64,000 bases of DNA from Candidatus Poribacteria bacterium (GCA_963665235.2 CAXXLX010000001.1:32001-96000), one strand, 5' to 3'; positions 39,781-49,837 are shown, numbered from the stretch's first letter. Notes: generated by a model from the sequence alone, not told the origin. Numbers and translations: made by a program.

Positions 39781-40725
39781 TTAGTCTTCCGTGAAACTGC
39801 GCGTGAGCGGTGTATGCTCCGATTGTTCATGCACGACAGTTCCGTCGTCGAGATGGAGCCATGTCTCAAATTGATGCGCGCCTTCTTGTAATGCAACGAC
39901 CCGCGCCCCGCGCGGAAAACCTTCCCTACCGTAAGTGTTGTAACCGGTAGCTCTGCCGTAGCAGAGCCGAATGCCGTGCAAATCCCCCCAGAAATCGTTG
40001 ATATGGTCATGCCCGACAAAGGTGCCCATAACGTCGCCCGCTTCATGCAGGGCAGCAAAAAAGCCTGTATTTATTTGAGGCGGGCAGACGTTCTCATATT
40101 TTGCCCCGTAGCAGGTGTGAAAATCCCAAACTTCATCATATTCCGGAAGTGGGATATGGAAAAACGCCAGCGCAGGAAGCGGCCCGCCTGCCGAAGCAGT
40201 GAATTTTGCCGATTCGCCGAGAAACCACGCTATCTGTTCACGTCTAATCCAGTCGTACCCGCCGATATCCGTTGGGGCGTAACTGCCTGAATCTATAAAG
40301 TAAAGCAGCGCAGCAGGGTCGACCCCTTCAGAACTTTGCACCGTCAAAATATAATTGCCAACCCCTGGAACGTCCACCGGGCCGGGTTCTGACAGCGATA
40401 ACGCGCTTTCCTGCATGACCTCCATCAACTCGTCACGGGTGGCGGTGCCTTCATCGTCATGGTTGCCGAAAACAGCTGCCCAAGGGGTATTCCATTGTTC
40501 CAAAATCTGGGCAATCTGTCGAAGGGATTCGGAGGCATCATCGCATCCGCCCCCGGACAATATGTCTCCTGTCAGCACAATTAAATCCGGAGATTCCGCG
40601 TGTACGACCTTCTCCATCAAAGCCGCCGATTGCTGGTCAGCAGACTCACCGTTGTGCCAATGGATATCGGTAAATTGGACAATTTTGAAACGTCTCATGT
40701 CGCCAAATTTTAATCTGTTTTTCAT
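39781..40725 (-). CDS. Calcineurin-like metallophosphoesterase (DCR2/PAP-like)
   Basis: FTDIH, TGD, FGNHD, FFHIP and GHDH motifs. Confidence 0.9.
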   Translation of the reverse strand: MKNRLKFGDMRRFKIVQFTDIHWHNGESADQQSAALMEKVVHAESPDLIVLTGDILSGGGCDDASESLRQIAQILEQWNTPWAAVFGNHDDEGTATRDELMEVMQESALSLSEPGPVDVPGVGNYILTVQSSEGVDPAALLYFIDSGSYAPTDIGGYDWIRREQIAWFLGESAKFTASAGGPLPALAFFHIPLPEYDEVWDFHTCYGAKYENVCPPQINTGFFAALHEAGDVMGTFVGHDHINDFWGDLHGIRLCYGRATGYNTYGREGFPRGARVVALQEGAHQFETWLHLDDGTVVHEQSEHTPLTRSFTED

Positions 40726-40914
40726 GAGCTACTTTTTCCTCCTATGTAACTATAACACAATTTTGAAAAATTGCAAGCAAATTTTTCTACTATTTGCTTT
40801 TTTTGTGTTTTTGTGGTATTCTAGATTTCGCTATTTGAACCTCTTCAGTCACCGAGGCTCGTAGCTATTATTGAAAATACACAATCACGGATACGCTCTC
40901 GACTTTATTAGGAA

Positions 40915-41186
40915 AACGTGAGCTTGATAATAAATGTCCGTTGGTTTCCCTAACCTCTATAAATATATCGTCCTTAAAGAGCGGGAAACCGTTTGCCCGA
41001 ATACTGGGACTAAAAAGAGGCGAGGCAACGCTTTTCTATAAATATATCGTCCCTACGGGACTTACTTGGGGCAGAAACGGCTTCTATAAATATATCGTCC
41101 CCACGGGACTAAAAAGAGGCGAGGCAACGCTTTTCTATAAATATATCGTCCTTAAAGAGCGGGAAAACTTTTTTCAAACTCACGTT
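40915..41186. mobile_element. MITE (AACGTGAGYTTGA TIR) carrying four REP-like units
   Basis: AACGTGAGCTTGA...TCAAACTCACGTT with an AGGAA 5-bp target duplication. Confidence 0.8.
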
Positions 41187-41214
41187 AGGAAAGACAGACG
41201 AAAATCTACAATAC

Positions 41215-42021
41215 ATGAACCTTATGAATACTTATGAAATCCACACCACTATCCGCTCTAACGAGAAGGTCGCTGAAGCGCATTACCTGTTACGTTGTGA
41301 ATGTGCTGAAATTGCTCAGCACGCACGACCGGGACAATTTGTCCATGTCCTGATTTCACATGGGGCAGGGCTCTTACTCCGCAGGCCGTTTACAATTTAT
41401 ACGGTTGACGGTGATGAAATAACGGTGCTCTATCAAATCATCGGTGAGGGAACACAACGGTTGTCAGAAATGTCGAAGGGAACATCGCTACAGGTGTTGG
41501 GCCCACTCGGCAATACGTTTGACACGACAAATACACCGGCACCAGCGATTTTGGTTGGCGGTGGGGCAGGTATCGCCTCTTTGATGTTGTTGGCTGTGGC
41601 GTTGCACACACACGGTATACAGACACTTGGATTGGTAGGGGCACAACACCGCGCTCGACTGCTGAGCGTTGCAGACTTGGAGGCAATAGGCATCGCAGTG
41701 CATATCGCTACAGACGATGGAAGCGTCGGGCATCACGGGTTTGTTACCGACCTTTTAGCTGACCTGCTCCATAAAAATCGTTGGCACCGCCCCACAATTT
41801 ACGCCTGCGGTCCGCATGCAATGCTTGCCACCGTCACAAACATTGCTATTGATTTTGACGTGCCAGCACAAGTTGCTATGGAAAATCGGATGGGCTGCGC
41901 ATTAGGGGTCTGCCTCGGATGCGTTTGTCCTATCCGTATCAATGCGAATCAAATTGAATATCAACGGGTTTGCACCGAAGGGCCTGTTTTTAATGCAACT
42001 GACATTGCATGGGACATCTAA
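41215..42021 (+). CDS. pyrK: Dihydroorotate dehydrogenase electron transfer subunit
   Basis: PGQFV, LRRPF, GPLGN, ACGP and the MGCALGVCLGC...RVCTEGPVF 2Fe-2S motif. Confidence 0.9.
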   Translation: MNLMNTYEIHTTIRSNEKVAEAHYLLRCECAEIAQHARPGQFVHVLISHGAGLLLRRPFTIYTVDGDEITVLYQIIGEGTQRLSEMSKGTSLQVLGPLGNTFDTTNTPAPAILVGGGAGIASLMLLAVALHTHGIQTLGLVGAQHRARLLSVADLEAIGIAVHIATDDGSVGHHGFVTDLLADLLHKNRWHRPTIYACGPHAMLATVTNIAIDFDVPAQVAMENRMGCALGVCLGCVCPIRINANQIEYQRVCTEGPVFNATDIAWDI

Positions 42022-42060
42022 ATAAGGTTGAATAACAGGAGCAAAAAATCTAGTTTTTTC

Positions 42061-42089
42061 TTGACATTTCTATAAAAATGTGTTATAAT
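42061..42089 (+). promoter_or_regulatory. Consensus sigma70 promoter
   Basis: TTGACA-N17-TATAAT. Confidence 0.65.
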
Positions 42090-42150
42090 ACCATTTTTAT
42101 TAATTATTCTATCATTACCGGTTGTTAGAAATGAAACGGAGAACGGAAGA

Positions 42151-42246
42151 CACAAACTAAAAGTTTATGCTACAATAAAGAGCACAAACTGGAAGTTTAT
42201 GCTACAATAAAGAGCACAAACTGGAAGTTTATGCTACGATAAAGAG
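42151..42246. repeat. 3 x 32-bp tandem repeat CACAAACTRRAAGTTTATGCTACRATAAAGAG
   Basis: Copies at 42151, 42183 and 42215; each has an AAACT/AGTTT hairpin ending in CTAC (GTAG-REP-like). Confidence 0.85.
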
Positions 42247-42278
42247 ACATTTTCAATTAAAAATGGTATAATATACCT

Positions 42279-42866
42279 ATGGCTTATGTATCAGCAAAGA
42301 AAGCAAGTAAACTATTGGATTATACCCCGGATCACTTACGGAGATTAGCAAATGAAGGAAAGATTGATATTATCCGCACAGGAGGCGGGCATAGACGCTA
42401 CGATGTTGACGGATACATCAAAAGCAAATCAAAATCAATTACCACTCTTTGCTATTGCCGGGTGTCCAGTAGCAAGCAAAGAGATGACCTTGAGCGACAA
42501 GTCGCATTTATGCGAAGTATCTACCCCGAAGCAGAAATCATCAGAGACATCGGCAGTAGTATCAACTTCAAAAGAAAAGGGCTTAGAACCTTATTGGACA
42601 GGGTTATGCAAGGTGATAAGCTCGAGGTTGTTATTGCCCATCGGGACAGACTCGCCCGGTTCGGTATCGACCTTATACGATACCTCATTGAACAAAACGG
42701 TGGCGAACTCGTGGTTCTTGACCAAACAGAACACAGTCCACAAGAAGAGCTCACGTCGGATCTTCTCGCCATCCTGCACGTCTTCAGTTGTAGATTGCAC
42801 GGACTCCGAAGTTACCGTGATAAAATCAAAGAAGATAAGAGTTTATCCGACAACTCATCAGCGTGA
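42279..42866 (+). CDS. tnpA: IS607 family serine transposase
   Basis: MerR-like HTH (RTGGGHRRY), YCRVSSSKQ and DRLARFG. Confidence 0.95.
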   Translation: MAYVSAKKASKLLDYTPDHLRRLANEGKIDIIRTGGGHRRYDVDGYIKSKSKSITTLCYCRVSSSKQRDDLERQVAFMRSIYPEAEIIRDIGSSINFKRKGLRTLLDRVMQGDKLEVVIAHRDRLARFGIDLIRYLIEQNGGELVVLDQTEHSPQEELTSDLLAILHVFSCRLHGLRSYRDKIKEDKSLSDNSSA

Positions 42867-43590
42867 GACGCTGCGGCAATGGATAGGCACAGCACGTTGG
42901 GCATACAACAAAACGGTTGCTTTGTTGAACGGAACGGACACAAAAGCGAACTGGATAGCGATTAAGACAGGTATCCTTGACGACTTACCCGATTGGGCAA
43001 AACCTGTTCCACATCAAATTAAGTCAGTTGCTATCCGTGACGCTTGCCTTGCTGTTCGCGCAGCAAAGCAGAAATACCAGAAAACAGAAGCGTTTCAAAA
43101 AGTTTCCTTTAAATCTAAACGGACACCTTCAGATAGTATCTTCATCCCGAAAAGTGCTATAAAAGCACAAGGTGTTTATTACACAAAATTAGGAAAACTT
43201 CGGCTGAGTGAGCGTCTCCCTGAAAATATCAAAGACTCGCGCCTGGTCAAAGATGGAAACCCACACTATTATTTGTGTGTCAGTTATAGTGTGACGACAC
43301 AGAAGCGAAAACCAAACGGACGTGTCGTCGCACTTGACCCCGGTGTGAGAACATTCCTCACATATTTTCATGAGCATGGGTTCGGCTGGAAACCTGGACA
43401 CCATGCAATTAATCGTATTCAAAGACTTTGTTCATATCTTGACGACCTACTCTCCCGCGCTGCAAAAGCAAAACGCCCACAACGCAGGAATATGAGACGT
43501 GCCGCTAACAGGATTAGAAAACGAAGATGTGAAATACCTAGTATTGCACAGGCTTCAGGCTACAAGCCTGCTCTTCAATGGACAGGTTAA
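42352..43590 (+). pseudogene. tnpB: IS607 TnpB of the DPG (pro-Fanzor-like) type, C-terminally truncated
   Basis: KIRVYPT...RWAYN and RVVALDPGVRTF; homology stops after RIRKR (about 43525), so RuvC-II/III and the Zn finger are absent. Confidence 0.8.
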
Positions 43591-43636
43591 TATCATCGGT
43601 AAGTAGGCACACACCGTGTGTCGTTATAACAGAAAT

Positions 43637-44722
43637 ATGGACGCTACATTCTATCACACCTTAACAACTACAAGCCTTGACAATGAACTGCTCTCCGATG
43701 TTCAGTGTGAAAAACTGCTAACCGATTCGGAGGTAGAATTACTGCCATTATTAAACGCTGCGTATCAGGTGAGAAAAACCTATTTCCGGAATACCGTTCA
43801 ACTGCATATCCTCAATAACGCGCAGAACGGCAATTGCCCAGAGGATTGCCACTACTGCGTCCAAGCCAAAACAGCAACGACAGATATCGAGACGTATTCT
43901 TTAAAACCGGAGTCTGAAATACTCGCTGAAGCCGAGCGGGCATATCACGCGGGCGCGTACCGCTACTGCCTCGTCATGAGCGGGCGCGGCCCCTCCCCGA
44001 AACGGGTTGCACATCTTGCCCAATTGATTCAAACAATTAAAGCGCGATACCCGATTGAGGTGTGTCTCTCTGTTGGATTGCTCAATGAAACCGCAGCACG
44101 CACTTTGAAAGCGGCGGGATTGGACAGGTTAAACCACAATCTCAATACGTCAGAATCTCACTACCCCCAAATATGTAGTACACATACCTATCAGGACAGA
44201 ATGGATACATTGCAAGCAGCACAGGCAGTTGGACTCGCCTGCTGCTCAGGGGTGATTGTGGGGATGGGTGAAAAAAACAGCGATATAATCGCGGTAGCCA
44301 AGGAGCTGCGTAGATTGGAGGTCGCCTCAATTCCGGTCAACTTTTTCCTGCCAATAGCTGGGACGCAGTTGATGAAAACACCGCCGCTTACGCCAGACTA
44401 TTGTCTCCGGGTGCTCTGTCTGTATCGATTCCTGAATCCGCGGGCGGAGATACGCGTCGCCGCTGGTAGGGAGCATTATCTGCGAAGCATGGAGGTGATG
44501 GCCCTTTACCCGGCAAATTCTATGTTTATAGAGGGATATCTGAATGCAGCAGGGGCGACAACACAGCGTACCCTTCAGATGCTCACGGACGCAGGATTTA
44601 CCATCGAAACAAACGGCGAAGACATCGCACAAATTGTTCAAGAACCGAAGAAGGGAGCGGATGTCCCTCTCAAGGAATTGAAGATGCTCCGACCGCGGAT
44701 GGAACCGAAGGCGAAGGAGTAG
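43637..44722 (+). CDS. bioB: Biotin synthase
   Basis: Radical SAM CPEDCHYC; NHNLNTS, IPVNF and AAGRE motifs. Confidence 0.95.
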   Translation: MDATFYHTLTTTSLDNELLSDVQCEKLLTDSEVELLPLLNAAYQVRKTYFRNTVQLHILNNAQNGNCPEDCHYCVQAKTATTDIETYSLKPESEILAEAERAYHAGAYRYCLVMSGRGPSPKRVAHLAQLIQTIKARYPIEVCLSVGLLNETAARTLKAAGLDRLNHNLNTSESHYPQICSTHTYQDRMDTLQAAQAVGLACCSGVIVGMGEKNSDIIAVAKELRRLEVASIPVNFFLPIAGTQLMKTPPLTPDYCLRVLCLYRFLNPRAEIRVAAGREHYLRSMEVMALYPANSMFIEGYLNAAGATTQRTLQMLTDAGFTIETNGEDIAQIVQEPKKGADVPLKELKMLRPRMEPKAKE

Positions 44723-44783
44723 GTACACACAGACTATTGAGGGAATGGCACGTTTTCCTAATAGAATAGCAGAGATTACGCAC

Positions 44784-47700
44784 ATGACGAACAAAGAAAC
44801 CATCAAAGTTTCACTATCAGCAATGTCCACCGGCGATTTTCTTGAAAAATCAAAGGATCTTCTGGCAACTTTGGGCTACCGCAGTGAACGCACCCTATCA
44901 CTCTCTGGCGCGGCAGATGAATTTATTGAAGAGTTTCCAGCAGAGAACGTCAACACTAAGACCGAACAGGAATTCCGTGAGAACGCCGAATCTGTCCAAA
45001 TAGTGTTCCAATTCACAAGTGACGAAGTCGCCAGGGAGCAGCAGTTGACGCTTCTTGAGGCAGCATCGTTTGATAAAGGAAATACAAAAAGTTTCCTTTT
45101 CTGTGCAGTGGAATTGAAAAATAACACCTACTCCCGGACCAAATACGCTACCTTTACACGCGAAATCAATAAACGTTTAATTGCACCGACTGTGGTCCTA
45201 TTCCGCACAGCAAATCGTCTCACCGTGGGCTTTACCAACCGCCGCCCAGACAAAACTGACGACAACCGCGATGTGCTCGGACAGGTCACCCTCATCAAAG
45301 ACATCCATCTCAGCAACCCACACCGCGCGCATCTCGATATCCTCTCCGAACTTTCGCTACAAACATGTGCAGATTGGATGGATGCCAACGAAAAACCGAA
45401 AAACTTCGATGGACTGCTATCAGCCTGGCTCGCCAAACTGGATACGGAAGAACTCAACAAGCAGTTCTATCGGAAATTGTTCGCCTGGTTTGAATGGGCA
45501 ACAGCGGAGGCAACGTTCCCGACAGATGAAAAGCTCGTCTTAAAACCGGAGGAGCATGTGATACGCCTCATCACACGTCTGCTCTTTATCTGGTTTATCA
45601 AGGAAAAAGGGTTGGTGGCGGAGGAGCTGTTTAACAAAGCACAAATCCAAGCTCTACTCAAAGAGGAGAACTTTGATACCGATGACTCTTACTATCGCGC
45701 TGTGCTACAAAACCTCTTTTTCGCTACACTAAACACGAAAATAGGCAAACGTAAGTTTAGCAAGGGAGGGAATTCTAATCACCGTAATTTCTCTCGGTAT
45801 CGCTATAAATCGCAGATGCATGACCCTGATAAACTGCTATCCCTCTTTGCACAAACACCCTTTATCAACGGTGGTTTGTTTGATTGTTTGGATAGCGAGG
45901 AGGCAACCGGAGAAGGTGGCTACAGAATAGACTGTTTTTCTGATGAACAGTACCACAAACTATCTATCCCCAACCACCTCTTTTTTGACGCACAGCGAGG
46001 ACTTCTCCCCCTACTTGAACATTACAAATTCACTGTCGAGGAGAACACACCAATCGAGCAGGAGGTGGCCCTTGACCCCGAGCTGCTCGGCAAGGTGTTT
46101 GAAAACTTACTCGCCGCCTATAACCCCGAAACCGGTGCTACGGCACGAAAACAGACCGGCTCCTACTACACCCCCCGCGCTATCGTCGACTATATGGTAG
46201 AGACAGCATTGGTCGCGACGCTCTCCCAAAAATGCAACCCAACCGACGGGGATGCAAAACTGTGGAAGGAACGGCTCCACTATCTCCTCGACTATGCACA
46301 GCTGTTTGACGATGCCAACGAATGGTTTGACGATGTCGAGACAGATGCTATTGTTCGCGCAATTTCCGAACTCAAAGTCCTCGATCCCGCGGTCGGTTCC
46401 GGTGCGTTCCCAATGGGAATGCTCCACAAACTAACGCTGGCACTTCGGCGGCTTGACCCGGATAACACCCGATGGGAAAGGTTACAGAAGGAACGCGCTG
46501 TCCAACGCGCAGAAGCCGCTTTTGATACACAAGACGATAAAACACGCCGTCAAGAACTCGTTGAAATTGATGAAACTTTCAAACGTTATAGAGATTCAGA
46601 CTTCGGACGCAAGTTATACCTAATCCAAAACAGCATCTTTGGTGTGGATATTCAACCGATTGCATGTCAAATCGCTAAACTCCGCTTTTTTATCTCGCTT
46701 GCAATTGAGCAGGAACCGATGCAGGCCGCAGAGAACTTCGGCATCAAACCGCTGCCGAATTTGGAGACACGGTTTATCGCTGCAAACACGCTGATTGGTC
46801 TGAAAGGCGATCTGACACTAACAAGTGAAAAGGCACGGCGTTTGGAACGTAAACTGCTTGCTAACCGCGAACAGCATTTCCACGCTACTACCCGCAAACG
46901 CAAACGTACCTGTAAGACTAAGGACAAAAAATTGCGAACAAAATTGGCAACCGAGCTAAAACATGTCGGTATGCTTGCCGATGATGCGGAAAAAATTGCC
47001 CAATGGGATGTATACGACCAGAACGCCACCGCTGATTGGTTTGCCCCGGAATGGATGTTTGGGGAGACAGATGGGTTTGATGTAGTCATTGGCAATCCAC
47101 CGTATGTTCAATTGCAAAAAGATGGGGGGAGGCTTGCAAATCTTTATCAAGATGCAAGTTTTGAAACCTTCGCCCGCGCTGGTGATATTTACTGTTTGTT
47201 CTATGAAAAAGCGAATCAACTTCTGAAAAACAACGGACATGTCTGTTTTATTACCTCTAATAAATGGATGCGCGCTGGCTACGGTAAAAAGTTGAGGGAT
47301 TATCTTGTAACGCTTACCCAACCGATTCAACTGTTGGATATGGGACCAGATGTGTTTGATGCTACCGTTGACACAAACATCCTGCTTTTTCAAAAGATTG
47401 TATCCGATGCACCTGCTACCTTCATAGGTGTATCCCTCGAAGCGGACTTTGACAGACGGGCCGACAACATAGCTCAGTATTTGAGTAACAATGGCGCGAC
47501 TATAGAGATGCCCGCTAAAGGTGAACCGTGGGCAATACTCTCATCTGTTGAACTTGCACTCAAACGCAAAATTGAGGATGTCGGCATTCCACTTAAAGAC
47601 TGGGATATAAACATCTATCGTGGAATTATAACAGGTTGTAACGAAGCATTCATCATAAATGAAGTAGGACGTAAAGAACTTATAGCTCGGCATCCGAAGT

Positions 47701-48377
47701 CAGCAGAAATCATCAAACCACTTCTGCGTGGACGCGATATTAAACGTTACCATGCCAAGCAAGCAGGATTATATTTACTTGCAACAGGGTACAATCTGAA
47801 CATTCCAAAGAGGTATCCAGCTATCTACGAACACCTTGAGACTATAGGGGAACAGATAGAATCGGGAAAAATAAAAACAAGAGGTAAAGGACTATTCTAT
47901 AGAGATGATCAAGGTGAGAATTGGTGGAATCTCAGAGCTTGTGCTTACTACTCCGAATTTGATAAGGAAAAGATCGTTTATCCAGAGACAACTCATTCCG
48001 CAAACTTTTTCTATGACAAGGGGGAGTTTTTTTTAGATAAAACTTGCTTTATGATTAGTGGGAGCGAGCTAAAAATTTTGGTGGGATTGCTAAGTTCTAC
48101 ATTGATGACCTTTGCTTATAAACGGTACTGTAGTGGAACTGTGCTGGGCGCAAAAGGGTATCAGTATAACAAACATGCTTTAGAGAGACTCCCTGTCGCC
48201 AAGATTCCTACCTCACAACAACAATCTTTTATCACTTTAGTTAATCAAATTCTTGATGCTAAACACACCAACCCCGACTTGGGCGTTTCCAATCTTGAAA
48301 AAGAGATTGATGAACTAGTGTATGATTTGTATAATTTGACAGGAGATGAGATTGCGATTGTGGAGGGAAGTTTCTGA
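44784..48377 (+). CDS. Type IIG (Eco57I-like) restriction-modification enzyme with N6-adenine MTase and TaqI-like TRD
   Basis: TGSYYTP, LDPAVGSGAF, IGNPPY and FITSNKW motifs; C-terminal IDELVYDLYNLT. Confidence 0.9.
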   Translation: MTNKETIKVSLSAMSTGDFLEKSKDLLATLGYRSERTLSLSGAADEFIEEFPAENVNTKTEQEFRENAESVQIVFQFTSDEVAREQQLTLLEAASFDKGNTKSFLFCAVELKNNTYSRTKYATFTREINKRLIAPTVVLFRTANRLTVGFTNRRPDKTDDNRDVLGQVTLIKDIHLSNPHRAHLDILSELSLQTCADWMDANEKPKNFDGLLSAWLAKLDTEELNKQFYRKLFAWFEWATAEATFPTDEKLVLKPEEHVIRLITRLLFIWFIKEKGLVAEELFNKAQIQALLKEENFDTDDSYYRAVLQNLFFATLNTKIGKRKFSKGGNSNHRNFSRYRYKSQMHDPDKLLSLFAQTPFINGGLFDCLDSEEATGEGGYRIDCFSDEQYHKLSIPNHLFFDAQRGLLPLLEHYKFTVEENTPIEQEVALDPELLGKVFENLLAAYNPETGATARKQTGSYYTPRAIVDYMVETALVATLSQKCNPTDGDAKLWKERLHYLLDYAQLFDDANEWFDDVETDAIVRAISELKVLDPAVGSGAFPMGMLHKLTLALRRLDPDNTRWERLQKERAVQRAEAAFDTQDDKTRRQELVEIDETFKRYRDSDFGRKLYLIQNSIFGVDIQPIACQIAKLRFFISLAIEQEPMQAAENFGIKPLPNLETRFIAANTLIGLKGDLTLTSEKARRLERKLLANREQHFHATTRKRKRTCKTKDKKLRTKLATELKHVGMLADDAEKIAQWDVYDQNATADWFAPEWMFGETDGFDVVIGNPPYVQLQKDGGRLANLYQDASFETFARAGDIYCLFYEKANQLLKNNGHVCFITSNKWMRAGYGKKLRDYLVTLTQPIQLLDMGPDVFDATVDTNILLFQKIVSDAPATFIGVSLEADFDRRADNIAQYLSNNGATIEMPAKGEPWAILSSVELALKRKIEDVGIPLKDWDINIYRGIITGCNEAFIINEVGRKELIARHPKSAEIIKPLLRGRDIKRYHAKQAGLYLLATGYNLNIPKRYPAIYEHLETIGEQIESGKIKTRGKGLFYRDDQGENWWNLRACAYYSEFDKEKIVYPETTHSANFFYDKGEFFLDKTCFMISGSELKILVGLLSSTLMTFAYKRYCSGTVLGAKGYQYNKHALERLPVAKIPTSQQQSFITLVNQILDAKHTNPDLGVSNLEKEIDELVYDLYNLTGDEIAIVEGSF

Positions 48378-48429
48378 ATCGCGGATTATCTCTGTGTTTT
48401 CCGGGATTCAGACAAAAAAGATGTAACAT

Positions 48430-48771
48430 AACGTGAGCTTGATAATAAATATCCGTTCGCTACAGACACTTTTCAGGCCGAAAAAAGCGGGATGAGTGGA
48501 ACAGAAACTGCTTCTATAAACATATCGTCCCTACGGGACTAAGAGGAGAGGCGGAAATCCCCTGCTTCTATAAACATATCGTCCCTACGGGACTAAGAGG
48601 CGGGTAGAAACTGCTGCTTCTATAAACATATCGTCCCTACAGGACTAAGAGGAGAGGCGGAAATCCCCTGCTTCTATAAACATATCGTCCCTGGGAGCAG
48701 GCTGGTTGACCAGTATTCGGGCAAACAACCCGCTCCTCATACGAGGGAAAAACTTTTTTCAAACTCACGTT
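48430..48771. mobile_element. MITE (AACGTGAGYTTGA TIR) carrying four REP-like units
   Basis: Same ends as 40915-41186; flanks AACAT/AATAT; REP units at 48514, 48568, 48620 and 48674. Confidence 0.8.
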
Positions 48772-48826
48772 AATATAAGTACAAAAACTTTACACACTAG
48801 ACTGATAACTATTCCATAGACAAAAA

Positions 48827-49813
48827 ATGCGAAATTTGTTAAAATACCAACGTAGTTTTTTCAGTGTCCTTTTGTATGGACTGGTGCTCTGTAGGTGCAT
48901 GCTTTTCGTCGAGAGTGCTTTTTGTGAACAGACACCACCTGCCACTATAGCGTTTGCTTCGGATGTAAGCGGCAATTGGGAAATCTATCTGACAAATACC
49001 GCTGGACAGCAGCCTGTGAACCTTACACACAACCCTGCTGCCGATTATTACCCGATGTGGTCGCCGGATGGAACTACAATTGCTTTCTTCTCGAAACGCG
49101 ATGCGAACTACGAAATTTATGTGATGCACGCCGATGGCACGCAGCAGAGACGGTTGACACACCATCGTGCAAAAGATAAAGCCCCCGCGTGGGCACCGGA
49201 TGGCAACCGACTCGCTTTCATCTCAAATCGTAGAGGGCACTACGACCTCTATCTGCTATACTTGGAGACTGGCGTAGTCGAAAACCTGACTGCAAATGGG
49301 TTTGCGGATGAAGCACCATCCTGGTCGCCAGATGGAGAACGTTTAGTGTTCCATTCAAAACGGCACCTGAACTGGGACATCTACACAATCAATGTTAAAA
49401 CACGTGAGGAACAGCGATTGACGCATCAGCCCTTGATGGACACCTATCCTGCATGGTCGCCCGATGGGAAGCGAATTGCGTATTCCTCTATGCGGATAGG
49501 GGCAGAGCAGGCTGATTTTGACATCTATCTCATGGATGCTTTAGATGGGGGAAACAAAAACGCACTCACGGATACCCCAACAGATGATGCCGTTCCAGCG
49601 TGGTCACCAGATGGCAGCCAAATCGCTTTTCAAGCTGAACGGGATGGCAGATGGGTTATCCATCTCATAAATGCAGACGGAACCGAACGCCGTGAACTGA
49701 TTGACAACGGCGCATGGGCAGCACAACCGAAATGGCAGCACCGCGCAGCTAGCCTGCCCATAGCACCACGATTTTTGCAATATCAACAATGGGGTAAAAT
49801 CAAAACCCCATAG
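48827..49813 (+). CDS. TolB-like PD40 beta-propeller secreted protein
   Basis: Signal peptide, repeated PxWSPDG motifs, QWGKIK tail. Confidence 0.85.
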   Translation: MRNLLKYQRSFFSVLLYGLVLCRCMLFVESAFCEQTPPATIAFASDVSGNWEIYLTNTAGQQPVNLTHNPAADYYPMWSPDGTTIAFFSKRDANYEIYVMHADGTQQRRLTHHRAKDKAPAWAPDGNRLAFISNRRGHYDLYLLYLETGVVENLTANGFADEAPSWSPDGERLVFHSKRHLNWDIYTINVKTREEQRLTHQPLMDTYPAWSPDGKRIAYSSMRIGAEQADFDIYLMDALDGGNKNALTDTPTDDAVPAWSPDGSQIAFQAERDGRWVIHLINADGTERRELIDNGAWAAQPKWQHRAASLPIAPRFLQYQQWGKIKTP

Positions 49814-49837
49814 GGTGCTGTCAATTTTAAAGGAGAT

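Noticed and set aside
42022-42278. IStron (group I intron fused to IS607)
   Set aside because: The region is short, AT-rich and intergenic, with no recognisable intron core.
48514-48700. Second CRISPR-like array
   Set aside because: Linkers 1 and 3 are identical; it is the same REP family, enclosed in a MITE.
40915-48771. Composite transposon formed by the two AACGTGAG MITEs around pyrK-IS607-bioB-RM
   Set aside because: Each MITE has its own target duplication and the outer flanks do not match, so they are independent insertions.
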